From Gammaproteobacteria bacterium (GTDB lineage: Bacteria > Pseudomonadota > Gammaproteobacteria > Xanthomonadales > Xanthomonadaceae), in assembly GCA_012515985.1 (NCBI GenBank), contig JAAYXJ010000197.1, positions 1 through 44,114 of the forward strand: a DNA stretch of 44,114 bases. The letters are read 5' to 3'. The notes below the pieces were generated by a model, which was not told the DNA's origin, did no database searches, and was given only the letters and a program-made list of their open reading frames with translations. Below, one piece after another: positions 1 to 8,991 of the stretch. Position 1 is the stretch's first letter. Each line of letters starts with the position of its first letter. The translations under genes and the position numbers were made by a program.

Positions 1-48
1 GCGCGCCGATCGCGTATCCTTGCCCGTCCTCCCACGCATCCGAGCCCA

Positions 49-843
49 GTGTCCGACCTGCTTGCCGCCCTGCTGCTGGGCATCATCGAGGGCCTCACCG
101 AGTTCCTGCCGATCTCGAGCACCGGCCACCTGCTGATCGCCCAGCACTGGCTCGGGGCGCGATCGGATTTCTTCAACATCGTGATCCAGGCCGGAGCGAT
201 CCTGGCCATCACCCTGGTGTTCCGGCAACGGATCGTGGCCTTGGCGACCGGCCTGGACAAGCCGGAAAACCGCGACTATGTGATCAAGCTGGTGACGGCG
301 TTCGCGGTAACCGCGGCGGTCGGCCTGCCGGTGCGGCTGGCGGGCTGGGAGCTGCCGGAAACGGTCACGCCGATCGCCTGGGCGCTGGTCATCGGCGGGG
401 TGTGGACGATCCTGGCCGAGCGCATCGCCGAGCGCCGCGGCGACCGCACCGACGTGACCTGGACGGTGGCGATCCTGGTGGGCCTGGCGCAGGTGGTGGC
501 CGGGGTGTTCCCCGGCACCTCGCGCTCGGCGGCGGCCATTTTCATGGCCATGCTGGCCGGGCTCACCCGCCGCTCGGCGGCCACCGAGTTCGTGTTCCTG
601 GTCGGCATCCCGACCATGTTCGCCGCCAGCGGCTATGCGTTCCTTGAACTGTGGCTGGAAGGCGGCCTTGGCGGCGAGGCCTGGGGCGAGGTGGCACTGG
701 CCTTCGCCGCCGCCACCGCCACCGGATTCGTGGTGGTCAGGTGGCTGCTGGGGTACATCCGCCAGCATCGGTACACCGGGTTCGCGGTGTACCGCATCCT
801 CCTGGGCGCCGCGCTGCTGCTGCTCATCCCGAACGGAAGTTGA
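49..843 (+). CDS. uppP: undecaprenyl-diphosphate phosphatase
   Basis: BacA motifs GIIEGLTEFLPISSTGHL and PGTSRS; multi-TM, 264 aa; GTG start. Confidence 0.95.
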   Translation: MSDLLAALLLGIIEGLTEFLPISSTGHLLIAQHWLGARSDFFNIVIQAGAILAITLVFRQRIVALATGLDKPENRDYVIKLVTAFAVTAAVGLPVRLAGWELPETVTPIAWALVIGGVWTILAERIAERRGDRTDVTWTVAILVGLAQVVAGVFPGTSRSAAAIFMAMLAGLTRRSAATEFVFLVGIPTMFAASGYAFLELWLEGGLGGEAWGEVALAFAAATATGFVVVRWLLGYIRQHRYTGFAVYRILLGAALLLLIPNGS

Positions 844-925
844 GCCCCGTGCTCCGGGGGGCGGGATCGACCCCGTCCCGGGTTCTGGTACGTTGGCCGG
901 GCGACCCTGTTCACGGAGATCCCGC

Positions 926-1744
926 ATGATCCGCTGCCTGCCGCTGCTGGTCCTGGCGCTCGCCGCCTGCACCCCCAACCAGCCTCCGGCCGACGATCCG
1001 GAGCAGAGTGCCCCCGCCGCCGCGGATGCCGCGTCCGCACCTGCGCCGGCGCCGGCGACCGCTGCCGGCCAGCTGGACGCCTGGCACTGGCGCCTCAGCG
1101 GGGCAGTCGACGCCGAAGGCAACCGCATCCAGGCCCTGTTCGCCAACCGCGACCAGCCGCTGCAGCTCGATTTCAGCGAAGGGCGGCTGTCGGTGTCCGG
1201 CGGCTGCAACCGGATCGGCGGCGACTACGCGCAGGAAGGCGGCGCGCTGCGCGTGGGCACGCTGGTGCAGACCCAGATGGCCTGCCCGCAACCGCTGATG
1301 GACCAGGACGCCGCGATTGCCGGGCTGCTGGAGGGCGAGCTCGCGCTGGCGACGGAGGATTCGGATCCGCCGCGGCTGGAACTCACCGCAGCCGACGGAT
1401 CGCGGCTTTCGTTCACCGGCGCGCCGACCGCCGACACCCGCTTCGGCGGCCCCGGCGAGCGCATGTTCCTGGAGGTCGCCCCGCAGCGCGTGGAGTGCCA
1501 CCACCCGCTGATCGCGGACATGCAGTGCCTGCGGGTGCGCGAGGTGTCCTACGACGGGGACGGCCTCAGGAGCGGCGAGCCCGGCGACTGGCAGGTGCTG
1601 TACGAGGGCATCGAGGGCTTCGAGCACCAGCCCGGGGTACGCAACGTGCTGCGGGTGTACCGCTACACCCGCGACCCGGTCCCGGCCGACGCCTCGGCCA
1701 TCGTGTACGTGCACGACATGACGGTGGAATCGGCGCTGGAGTGA
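926..1744 (+). CDS. META (HslJ-like) + DUF4377 lipoprotein
   Basis: Start reassigned to ATG 926 (GGAG upstream); lipobox LAAC; META motifs SGGCNR and TQMAC; C-terminal CLRVRE...IEGFEHQPG typical of DUF4377. Confidence 0.8.
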   Translation: MIRCLPLLVLALAACTPNQPPADDPEQSAPAAADAASAPAPAPATAAGQLDAWHWRLSGAVDAEGNRIQALFANRDQPLQLDFSEGRLSVSGGCNRIGGDYAQEGGALRVGTLVQTQMACPQPLMDQDAAIAGLLEGELALATEDSDPPRLELTAADGSRLSFTGAPTADTRFGGPGERMFLEVAPQRVECHHPLIADMQCLRVREVSYDGDGLRSGEPGDWQVLYEGIEGFEHQPGVRNVLRVYRYTRDPVPADASAIVYVHDMTVESALE

Positions 1745-1765
1745 GGTGCCATGGCGCTGCCGGCA

Positions 1766-2386
1766 TCAGCCGGTGGCGCGGACCTTGTCGTTGAGGCTGT
1801 AGTTGGCGTACGTGGCTGCCTCGGCCAGCACGTGGCCGTGCATGGCACGGTGCGCGTCGGCGGCGGTGAACCGCTCCGGGAGATCAAGCCGCTCCACGTC
1901 CAGCGCGAACACGCGGAAGAAATACCGGTGCATGCGCAGGTCGTTGCCCGGCGGATACGGGCCGTCGTAGCCGAGCCAGTCGCCGCCCATCTCCGGATCG
2001 CCCTGGAACCAGCCGGTGTAGTCATTCAGCCCCTGGCGCGCGCCGGCCGGGCCGGCCGGGTCGCGCTTGCCGCCCTTGCTGATGCCGTCGCTGGCCGCAC
2101 CTTCGGCGATTTCGCGCACGTGTGCCGGGATGTCGACCATCACCCAGTGGATGAACTCCGTGCGGGGCTGGTGGACTGGGATCTCCACGCCCTCCTTGCC
2201 CACCATCCCGGCCACCGTCGGCACGTCCGGGTCCACGCACATCAGCACGAAGGAGCGGGTGCCCTCGGGGGCTTCGTCCCAGGCCAGGTGCGGGTTGCGG
2301 TTGGCGCCGAAACCATCCGGCGTGCCCATCGCGAATGCGTCGGGCAGGGTGCCGCCGTGTTTGAAACTGTCGCTGCGGATGCGCAT
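1766..2386 (-). CDS. YbhB/YbcL family PEBP (Raf kinase inhibitor-like) protein
   Basis: Motifs NPHLAW, DPDVP, HW, GYDGPYPP, HRYFF; GAGG RBS. Confidence 0.9.
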   Translation of the reverse strand: MRIRSDSFKHGGTLPDAFAMGTPDGFGANRNPHLAWDEAPEGTRSFVLMCVDPDVPTVAGMVGKEGVEIPVHQPRTEFIHWVMVDIPAHVREIAEGAASDGISKGGKRDPAGPAGARQGLNDYTGWFQGDPEMGGDWLGYDGPYPPGNDLRMHRYFFRVFALDVERLDLPERFTAADAHRAMHGHVLAEAATYANYSLNDKVRATG

Positions 2387-2401
2387 GTGGTGTCCTCGCG
2401 G

Positions 2402-4492
2402 TCAGTGCTGCGGATAACCCAAGCGTACCGCCACCGGCGACAGGGCGGCGAATGCCTCCGCGAGCGCATCGGCGTAGCCGCGCCAGTGCCCGGCCGGATA
2501 GCTGCTGGCGCCGAACAGGCCCGCGGGCGGCGCCGGCAGCTGGATCCCGAGCGCGGCCGAGACCTTCGCGGCCACCTCCGCCGGCGAATTGATGCAGTCG
2601 TCCAGGCGCAGCAGCACGTGCGGCTGCAGGTCCTGCTCCGCCAGCACGGCGACGTGTTCCAGTGCCGCGGCCAGCCAGCGCGCGCCCTCGGCAGGGGAAG
2701 CCATGCGCAGCGGCAGCTGCGAACCGTTGGCGAGCCAGTCGAGCAGCATGTCGCGCGGATCGCGCAGGGCGACCAGCAGCAGCGCCTGCGGCAGGTGCGG
2801 CCGGATCGCATCCAGCAGCGCGTTGTCCCAGTGCGGCAGCCAGTCGATCACGGGGCTGTTGGCCGCCAGGCCCCGGGCAGGCAGCGCCTGCCGCCACTGC
2901 GCCACCGCTTCCGCGGGATCCAGCTCACCCGCGGCCAGCGCCGCGCCCAGGTCCAGGCGCTGCATCGGATCGGCCGGGGGACGCGGGCCAAAGCGGTCGG
3001 CGCGGAACGCCGGCACGACCCCGTCGAGCACGCGGGCCACGTTCGCCGCGCCCGAGCCTGGCAGGCCCACCAGCAGGCCCAGCGCCGGGGCATCGGCCGC
3101 TGGCGTGCCGGCCTGCGCCCGCGGCGCGGCCGCCTCGGTGGGCGTGGGCAACGGCTGCGAGCCCTGCTCCTGCCCCGCCTGGACCCGCGCGTGGCCGTCG
3201 GCCCAGGCCTGCACCGCGCCCTCGCGGTCGCCGGCCAGGTCGCAGGCCCGTCCCAGCCAGCGGTGCAGCACCCACGGGCGCGCGGCATCCGGGCCGGCGG
3301 CTTCCACCAGTCCCCTGGCGAACGCGACCGCTTCGGCGGGGTCGCGCGCGGCCAGCAGGTCGAGCAGGCGCCCCTGCGCACCGGCGTGGCCGGGCGCCAG
3401 TTCCAGCAGCCGGCGCAGGGTGGCTTCGGCGGCGGCGGAGTCGCCGGCCGCGAGCTGCTGCCGTGCCTGTTCCTGCAGGGCCTCGGGGCTCGCCGGCCGT
3501 GCGGCCAGCCAGCGCTCGAGCACCTGGCCGCGCGCCTCGCCGCCGGTTTCCACGGACAGGCGCGCACGCCACAGCAGGTCCACCTCGGGCGAGGTGGAGA
3601 GCAGCGCTTCCAGCGCATTGCGCGCCCCTTCCGCATCGCCGAGCCGGCTCCAGGCCTGCATCGCCAGGTCCAGGGTCCGTTCGTCGCCCGGCATGGCGGC
3701 CAGGGCTTCGCGCAGCCAGCGCAGCGCGCGCTCGGGCTGGTTGGTCACCATCGCCATTTCGCCGGCGAAGCGGCGTGACTCGGGCGAAGCCTGGCCGGGG
3801 ATTTCCAGCAGCGGCTCGATTTCGTCCAGCGCCTCGCCATAACGCTGCTGGCGGAACAGCAACTCGGCCAGCGCGCGGCGCAGTGCGTGGTGGCCCGGCC
3901 GCAGTTCACGCAATCGCCGGAATGCCTGCTCGGCGAACGCCAGGTGGCCGTTGGCGGCGTACACGAAGGCGGCGGCATTGAGCACTTCGGGGTGGTCCGG
4001 CGCGCCTTCCATCGCCGCCGTGACCTCCTTCAGCGCGCCCGCCCGGTCGCCCCGGCCCAGCGTGACCATGGCCTGGATCGCGCGCAGCACCGGGTGTTCG
4101 GGGTTGATGCGCGCGGCCACCATCGCGCGCCTCCCGGCTTCCTCCAGATCGCCGGCGCCCAGGGCAATCTGGGCCTGGATGAGGTAGGCGTCGAGCAGGT
4201 TGGGATCCAGCTCCAGCGACTGGTCCAGCGCCTGACGGGCCTGGGCGACGTCGCGGCTGCCCAGCAGGATGCCGGCGCGGTGGAAGTGCAGCTCGGCGTC
4301 GTCCGGGCTGAGTGCGATCGCACGGTCGATGGTTTCCAGCGCCGCCTGGTGCTGGCCGCCCAGGCGCAGGGCCTGGGCCAGCAGGCGATGGGCGCGGACA
4401 TCCTGCGGGTCGGCTTCGATGGCGGCGCGCGCGAGCGTCTGCGCCTGGTCGTGGGCGCCCTGGCGCAGGGCGTCGAGGATCTGTTCGTGCAT
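2402..4492 (-). CDS. TPR-repeat protein with C-terminal sulfotransferase-like domain
   Basis: Many TPR-like helical repeats; C-terminal VGLPGSGA and LRDPRD resembling the PAPS-binding motifs of sulfotransferases. Confidence 0.7.
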   Translation of the reverse strand: MHEQILDALRQGAHDQAQTLARAAIEADPQDVRAHRLLAQALRLGGQHQAALETIDRAIALSPDDAELHFHRAGILLGSRDVAQARQALDQSLELDPNLLDAYLIQAQIALGAGDLEEAGRRAMVAARINPEHPVLRAIQAMVTLGRGDRAGALKEVTAAMEGAPDHPEVLNAAAFVYAANGHLAFAEQAFRRLRELRPGHHALRRALAELLFRQQRYGEALDEIEPLLEIPGQASPESRRFAGEMAMVTNQPERALRWLREALAAMPGDERTLDLAMQAWSRLGDAEGARNALEALLSTSPEVDLLWRARLSVETGGEARGQVLERWLAARPASPEALQEQARQQLAAGDSAAAEATLRRLLELAPGHAGAQGRLLDLLAARDPAEAVAFARGLVEAAGPDAARPWVLHRWLGRACDLAGDREGAVQAWADGHARVQAGQEQGSQPLPTPTEAAAPRAQAGTPAADAPALGLLVGLPGSGAANVARVLDGVVPAFRADRFGPRPPADPMQRLDLGAALAAGELDPAEAVAQWRQALPARGLAANSPVIDWLPHWDNALLDAIRPHLPQALLLVALRDPRDMLLDWLANGSQLPLRMASPAEGARWLAAALEHVAVLAEQDLQPHVLLRLDDCINSPAEVAAKVSAALGIQLPAPPAGLFGASSYPAGHWRGYADALAEAFAALSPVAVRLGYPQH

Positions 4493-4560
4493 TGCGTAAT
4501 CCGGCCGGTCAGCCGCCAGGCGGCAAGGCCGGCCATTGTAATGAAGCGACCGCCGGCCGC

Positions 4561-5571
4561 TCAGGCAGCCAGGTGCCGCTGCAGGCGCTCGGCCACCCAG
4601 CGTTCCGAGTAGCCGTCAAGGCGCGCGTTCTCAATGAAACCGCAGTGCCCGCCCCAGGGCGCGATCTCCAGGTGGGTGCGCGGCGGCATGCGCAGGGCGC
4701 GGAAGCCATCGGCGGGGATCACCGGGTCGTCGCGGCTGGTCAGCACCGCCGCCGGCACCTGCAGGCCGGAGAGCCGGTCGCCGGCGATCGAGTAGCCGTC
4801 GAAGTACGCCTGCAGGCTCCCGAAGTCGGTGTTGCGCAACAGCAGCCGCTCGGTCAGCTCGCGCATGCCCAGCCTGAGGGTCGCGTCGTCGTAGTCGTGG
4901 AGTTCCGGGAACAGCTCGCGCTTGCGCACCAGCGAGCGCCGCCAGCTGTTCTCGAAGTGCCGCAGGTACAGCGGCGTGCGCTCCATCTGCACCAGGGTCA
5001 GCGCGGGATCGAGCACCGGGCACACCGCGGCCACGCCGGCCAGCGGCAGTCCCGCCGCCGGGGCCCGCAGCGCCAGCCGCAGCGCGAAGTTGCCCCCCAG
5101 CGACCAGCCCGCGGCCAGCAGCGGACGCGCCGGGAAGCGCCCGGCGAGGTCCAGCGCCGCGTGCACCACCTCGTCGATCAGGTTGGAGTGGAACAGGTCC
5201 GGGTTGAGGTGGTGGGAATCGCCGTGGTCGCGGAAGTTGAGCCGGAACACCTCGAACCCGCGCTGCAGCAGCTGCGCCGCGCCCAGGCTCATGTAGCCCG
5301 ACGCACTGCTGCCCTCCCATCCGTGCAGCAGCAGCACCAGGCCGCGGGCCCTGGCGCCGGGCACCGCGCTGTGCAGGCCCTGCAGCCGCACCCCGCCGCC
5401 GCCATCGACGATGTGGGCGGTGGTTTGGGCGCCGGTCGCGGCCAGCGCCTGCTCGCCACGCCGGCGCCGCCACGGGCTGCTGCCCAACACGGTCTGCAGG
5501 TGGGCGTTGCGCAGCCAGCGCGGCGGCGCATACGCCTGCGCCGCTGGGGCCAGGCCGGTCTCCTCAGCCAT
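4561..5571 (-). CDS. YheT-family alpha/beta hydrolase
   Basis: HLQT, LHGWEGS, GWSLGG nucleophile elbow, DDP, GGHCGF; start moved to ATG 5571, overlapping the end of the upstream gene. Confidence 0.85.
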   Translation of the reverse strand: MAEETGLAPAAQAYAPPRWLRNAHLQTVLGSSPWRRRRGEQALAATGAQTTAHIVDGGGGVRLQGLHSAVPGARARGLVLLLHGWEGSSASGYMSLGAAQLLQRGFEVFRLNFRDHGDSHHLNPDLFHSNLIDEVVHAALDLAGRFPARPLLAAGWSLGGNFALRLALRAPAAGLPLAGVAAVCPVLDPALTLVQMERTPLYLRHFENSWRRSLVRKRELFPELHDYDDATLRLGMRELTERLLLRNTDFGSLQAYFDGYSIAGDRLSGLQVPAAVLTSRDDPVIPADGFRALRMPPRTHLEIAPWGGHCGFIENARLDGYSERWVAERLQRHLAA

Positions 5572-6364
5572 GGCTCCCGGCCATCGCCGCGACGATACGC
5601 TCGCGCGCAAGGCCGGCGATTGCGCGGCGGCTGCCCAGCGCGGCCGGGTCGATCGGCTCCAGGAAGATCACGTCCCCCACCCGGCCCGGCTCGCCGAGCA
5701 GGCGCAGGAAGTTGCCGACGAAGTGTTCGCCCGCGGCAAACGCCACCACCGTCTGCGCATCACCGCATTCGCCGTAGCGCAGGGCCACCGGCTGCACCGG
5801 CACCGCCGCCTCGACCGCGGCGCTGAAGATGCGCGCATGGAACGGACCGACCTCGTCTCCGCCGCGGGTGCGGCCTTCCGGGAACACCCCGACCGAGCGT
5901 CCCGCGCGCAGCCGCGCCTGCATCTCCTCCATCACCCCGCCCAGCGATTCCTGGCTGCCGCGGCGGTGGAAGATGGTTTCCCCCTTGGCGGCCATCCATC
6001 CCACCAGCGGCCAGCGGCTGATTTCGTACTTGGCCACGAAGCCCATCATGCGCTGGCTGTGCAGGGCGAGGATGTCGACCCAGCTGACGTGGTTGGCGAC
6101 GAACATCGCCGCGCCTTCCACCGGGGTACCGATCCGGCGCAGCCGGAAGCCGAACACCCGCATCAGCCCGCCCTGCCACCAGCGGGTGAGCCGGTGCCCC
6201 AGCGGTTCGCCGCTGGCCAGGGGACGTCGCGCCAGCGGCAGGCTGAGGGCCAGCATCACCGGCGGCAGGTGCACGAGCACGTGCCAGGCCAGCATCGGGA
6301 TCCGGTATGCGTAGCGCACCACGCGCATGGCGGGATTGCGGGATGAACGGGGCGTGGCCGGCAT
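5564..6364 (-). CDS. lysophospholipid / 1-acyl-sn-glycerol-3-phosphate acyltransferase (PlsC family)
   Basis: NHVSWVD (HxxxxD) and FPEG motifs; TATCTT -10-like hexamer 6 nt before ATG 6364. Confidence 0.9.
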   Translation of the reverse strand: MPATPRSSRNPAMRVVRYAYRIPMLAWHVLVHLPPVMLALSLPLARRPLASGEPLGHRLTRWWQGGLMRVFGFRLRRIGTPVEGAAMFVANHVSWVDILALHSQRMMGFVAKYEISRWPLVGWMAAKGETIFHRRGSQESLGGVMEEMQARLRAGRSVGVFPEGRTRGGDEVGPFHARIFSAAVEAAVPVQPVALRYGECGDAQTVVAFAAGEHFVGNFLRLLGEPGRVGDVIFLEPIDPAALGSRRAIAGLARERIVAAMAGSHG

Positions 6365-6489
6365 GCGCGCAAGATACCGGAGCGCCCGGGTTGCAGCCAG
6401 CAGCGCACGCCCGCGTTTCGTGCTTCAATTGCGGCGTGCAGACGGGGGGGGGAGACGCCGGCACTCAACCTGCCCAACGGGATCGACAG

Positions 6490-7950
6490 GTGGAGAAGCT
6501 GCTCGCCGAACTCCGGCGCCGCAACATCTGGCGGGCCGGGCTGCTGTACATCGGCGCCGCATGGGCGCTGGCACAGGGTGTCTCTGAGCTGACGCCGGCC
6601 ATGGGCCTGCCCGACGGGTCGGCGCGCTGGCTGATCGTCGCCGCCGCCATCGGGCTTCCCTTCTGGCTGCTGTTTGCCTGGTTCTACGAGCTCACGCCTG
6701 AAGGCTTCCGTCGCGAGCGCGACGTGCCCGCGGAAGAATCGATCACCCGCCAGACCGGCCGCCGCCTGGATTACATGATCATCGCCGTGCTCTCGGTGGC
6801 GGTGGTGCTGCTGCTGACCGACCGGCTGGTGTCGGGGGACCCGGATCCCGGGGCGGGGGCGGACGCGCGCTCGATCGCGGTGCTGCCGCTGGTCAACGCC
6901 GGCGGCGACCCGGCCGACGAATATTTCTCCGACGGCCTGTCCGAGGAGCTGATTTCCGGGCTGACGCGGATTTCAGACCTGCGCGTGATCGGCCGCAGCT
7001 CGGCGTTCGAGTTCAAGGGCAGCAGCGAGCCGCACGCGGTGATCGCGGCGAAGCTGGGCGTGGCCCACCTGCTGGAAGGCACCATGCGCCGCGACGGCGA
7101 GCGGGTCCGGATCATGCTCGAGCTCATCCGTCCCGGCGACGGCACCAGCCTGTGGTCGCAGACCTACAGCCGCGAGATGCGGGACATCTTCGCCGTGCAG
7201 TCGGACATCGCGCGCTCGGTGGCGGCGGCGCTGAAGGTCCAGTTCGGCGATGGCGCGACCGATTACACCCGGCCCCCGGGCGGCAACCTCGCCGCGTATG
7301 AGGCGGCGCTGCAGGGTCGGGCGCTGGCCCGCGAATCCACCGCCGAGGGTTACGAAAAAGCTGTGGGGCTGCTGCGCCGCGCGGTGCAGTTGGAACCGGA
7401 CTACGCGTTTGCCCACGCGCTGCTGGCCAATGCGCTGGTCAACCTGGCGCGGGTGCGCGGCCGCCTGAACGACCCGGCGCTGCAGGGGGAAGCGGAGGCG
7501 GCGGCCCGGGCGGCCGTGCGGCTGGCGCCCGACTATCCCGCCAGCCACCTGGCCTGGGGTTACTACCGGCAGATGATGGCCGGTGACATGGAGGCGGCGG
7601 GAAGCGCCTTCCAGCGCGCGCGCGAACTGGCTCCCACCGACGGCACCACGGCGATGTTCCTGGCCGCCTACCTGCGCCCGCTCGGGCGCCATGACGAGGC
7701 GATCGCCCTGGCCCAGGACGCGATCTCTCGCGACCCGCTGCGGGTGGACTGGCGACTGCTCCAGGTCTACCTGCTGCATGACGCGGACCGCTTCGCCGAG
7801 GCCTATGACGCCACCCGCCGGGTGCTGGCGATCAACCCCGACAACCCGGTGGCGCTGAATTTCCTGGCGCTGGAGCTTCGCCACCAGGGACGCTACGCGG
7901 AAAGCGTGGCCGCGATCGGGCGCGCGATCGCGGCGGAGCCGGCGGGGTGA
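6490..7950 (+). CDS. membrane-anchored TolB-like/TPR protein
   Basis: GTG start at 6490 (VEKLLAELRRRN), about three TM segments, SIAVLPLVN...EYFSDGLSEELI TolB-N-like motif, then TPRs. Confidence 0.8.
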   Translation: MEKLLAELRRRNIWRAGLLYIGAAWALAQGVSELTPAMGLPDGSARWLIVAAAIGLPFWLLFAWFYELTPEGFRRERDVPAEESITRQTGRRLDYMIIAVLSVAVVLLLTDRLVSGDPDPGAGADARSIAVLPLVNAGGDPADEYFSDGLSEELISGLTRISDLRVIGRSSAFEFKGSSEPHAVIAAKLGVAHLLEGTMRRDGERVRIMLELIRPGDGTSLWSQTYSREMRDIFAVQSDIARSVAAALKVQFGDGATDYTRPPGGNLAAYEAALQGRALARESTAEGYEKAVGLLRRAVQLEPDYAFAHALLANALVNLARVRGRLNDPALQGEAEAAARAAVRLAPDYPASHLAWGYYRQMMAGDMEAAGSAFQRARELAPTDGTTAMFLAAYLRPLGRHDEAIALAQDAISRDPLRVDWRLLQVYLLHDADRFAEAYDATRRVLAINPDNPVALNFLALELRHQGRYAESVAAIGRAIAAEPAG

Positions 7951-7959
7951 TGCGGCAGG

Positions 7960-8418
7960 TCAGCGCATCGCGACGACGGCCAGGGTCAGCCGGGACACGC
8001 AAACCAGGCGCCCGCCGCCATCCTCGATGCGGATCTCCCAGACCTGGGTGCTGCGGCCCACGTGCAGCGGCCGGGCCGTGCCGGTGACGGTGCCGCTGCG
8101 CACGCCGCGCAGGTGGTTGGCGTTGATCTCGATCCCCACGCAGCCCTGGCCCTCGTCAACGCACAGCATGCCGGCGGTGCTGCCCAGGGTTTCGGCGAGC
8201 AGGGCCGATGCGCCGCCGTGCAGCAGCCCATACGGCTGCCGCGTGCGTTCGTCGACGGGCATCGTCGCGGTCAGGGAATCATGGCCGATCGCGGTGAACA
8301 CGATGCCCAGCGGCTCCATGGCGGTGCCGCGGGAGCTGGCGTTCAGGGCATCCAGGGTGGTGGCGCGGCGGAACGGGGAAGCGCGGGAAGAAGGGGGCGC
8401 TGCGGGTGGTTCATCCAT
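7960..8418 (-). CDS. PaaI/hotdog-fold thioesterase (MenI/YdiI-like)
   Basis: QPYGLLHGGASALLAETLGS and GIEINANH motifs. Confidence 0.92.
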   Translation of the reverse strand: MDEPPAAPPSSRASPFRRATTLDALNASSRGTAMEPLGIVFTAIGHDSLTATMPVDERTRQPYGLLHGGASALLAETLGSTAGMLCVDEGQGCVGIEINANHLRGVRSGTVTGTARPLHVGRSTQVWEIRIEDGGGRLVCVSRLTLAVVAMR

Positions 8419-8497
8419 GCCGGCAGGATAGCCGGGGGCTGCCGCGCCGGCCAGCGGGGGGTGCGCTGGCGGCGGCGGGCGGAAGGCGCAGGCTGGC

Positions 8498-8671
8498 TCA
8501 GCTGACGCGGAAGCGCGGGCTCAGGCTGCTGCGTGCGTACGGGGCGCGGCGGACATAGCCGCTGCTGGAGCCGTAGCCGACGCCCATCGCGCGCTGGCGC
8601 GGTTCCGGGCGTGCCGGGACCAGGCCGGCGCGGATGGGGGCGTTCTGGGGGCGGGGCGTGGAAGCGTTCAT
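8498..8671 (-). CDS. small basic protein B (57 aa), unknown function
   Basis: Read manually (not in ORF track): MNASTPRPQNAPIRAGLVPARPEPRQRAMGVGYGSSSGYVRRAPYARSSLSPRFRVS*; GAGG RBS 9 nt upstream; similar to the adjacent small ORF. Confidence 0.65.
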   Translation of the reverse strand: MNASTPRPQNAPIRAGLVPARPEPRQRAMGVGYGSSSGYVRRAPYARSSLSPRFRVS

Positions 8672-8701
8672 TGCGATGACCTCGGGGGATGGGCGGGGGG
8701 T

Positions 8702-8872
8702 TCAACTGCAGCGGAACAGCGGGGCAGCGGCCTTGCCGGTGTAGCGGCGCTGGGTATAGAAGCTGCGCGCGGCGCTGTAGCCGGACTCGCGGCGGGGTTC
8801 GCGGAAGGCGGGGGTGAATCGCGATTCGGCGTAACCGGGGCGGAAGGCGGCGGTGTGGTGGGTGGCGTTCAT
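8702..8872 (-). CDS. small basic protein A (56 aa), unknown function
   Basis: MNATHHTAAFRPGYAESRFTPAFREPRRESGYSAARSFYTQRRYTGKAAAPLFRCS*; strong GAGGAG RBS; GC3-rich codons. Confidence 0.7.
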   Translation of the reverse strand: MNATHHTAAFRPGYAESRFTPAFREPRRESGYSAARSFYTQRRYTGKAAAPLFRCS

Positions 8873-8991
8873 GGCGGTCTCCTCGTGGTGTGCAGGGGGT
8901 TTAGTGCTGCGGTGTGCTGGTAGAGTACAACACCCAAGCAAGAGACCATGTGCCATTGGTCATGGGTCCGACAAAAAATCCGTGGTCGGCG

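Noticed and set aside
845-885. GC-rich hairpins after uppP as a terminator or REP element
   Set aside because: Imperfect stems, no clear U-tract, and no second copy noticed in the window
1751-3778. 675-aa plus-strand ORF, and other long antisense ORFs such as 8914-11052, 21014-22987, 30189-32687 and 37088-39076
   Set aside because: Shadow ORFs opposite clearly identifiable genes; expected in very GC-rich DNA with few stop codons; no motifs
8938-8955. Possible sigma54 promoter (TGGCAC...TTGC, minus strand) upstream of the microproteins
   Set aside because: Spacing is 8 nt instead of the strictly required 5 nt
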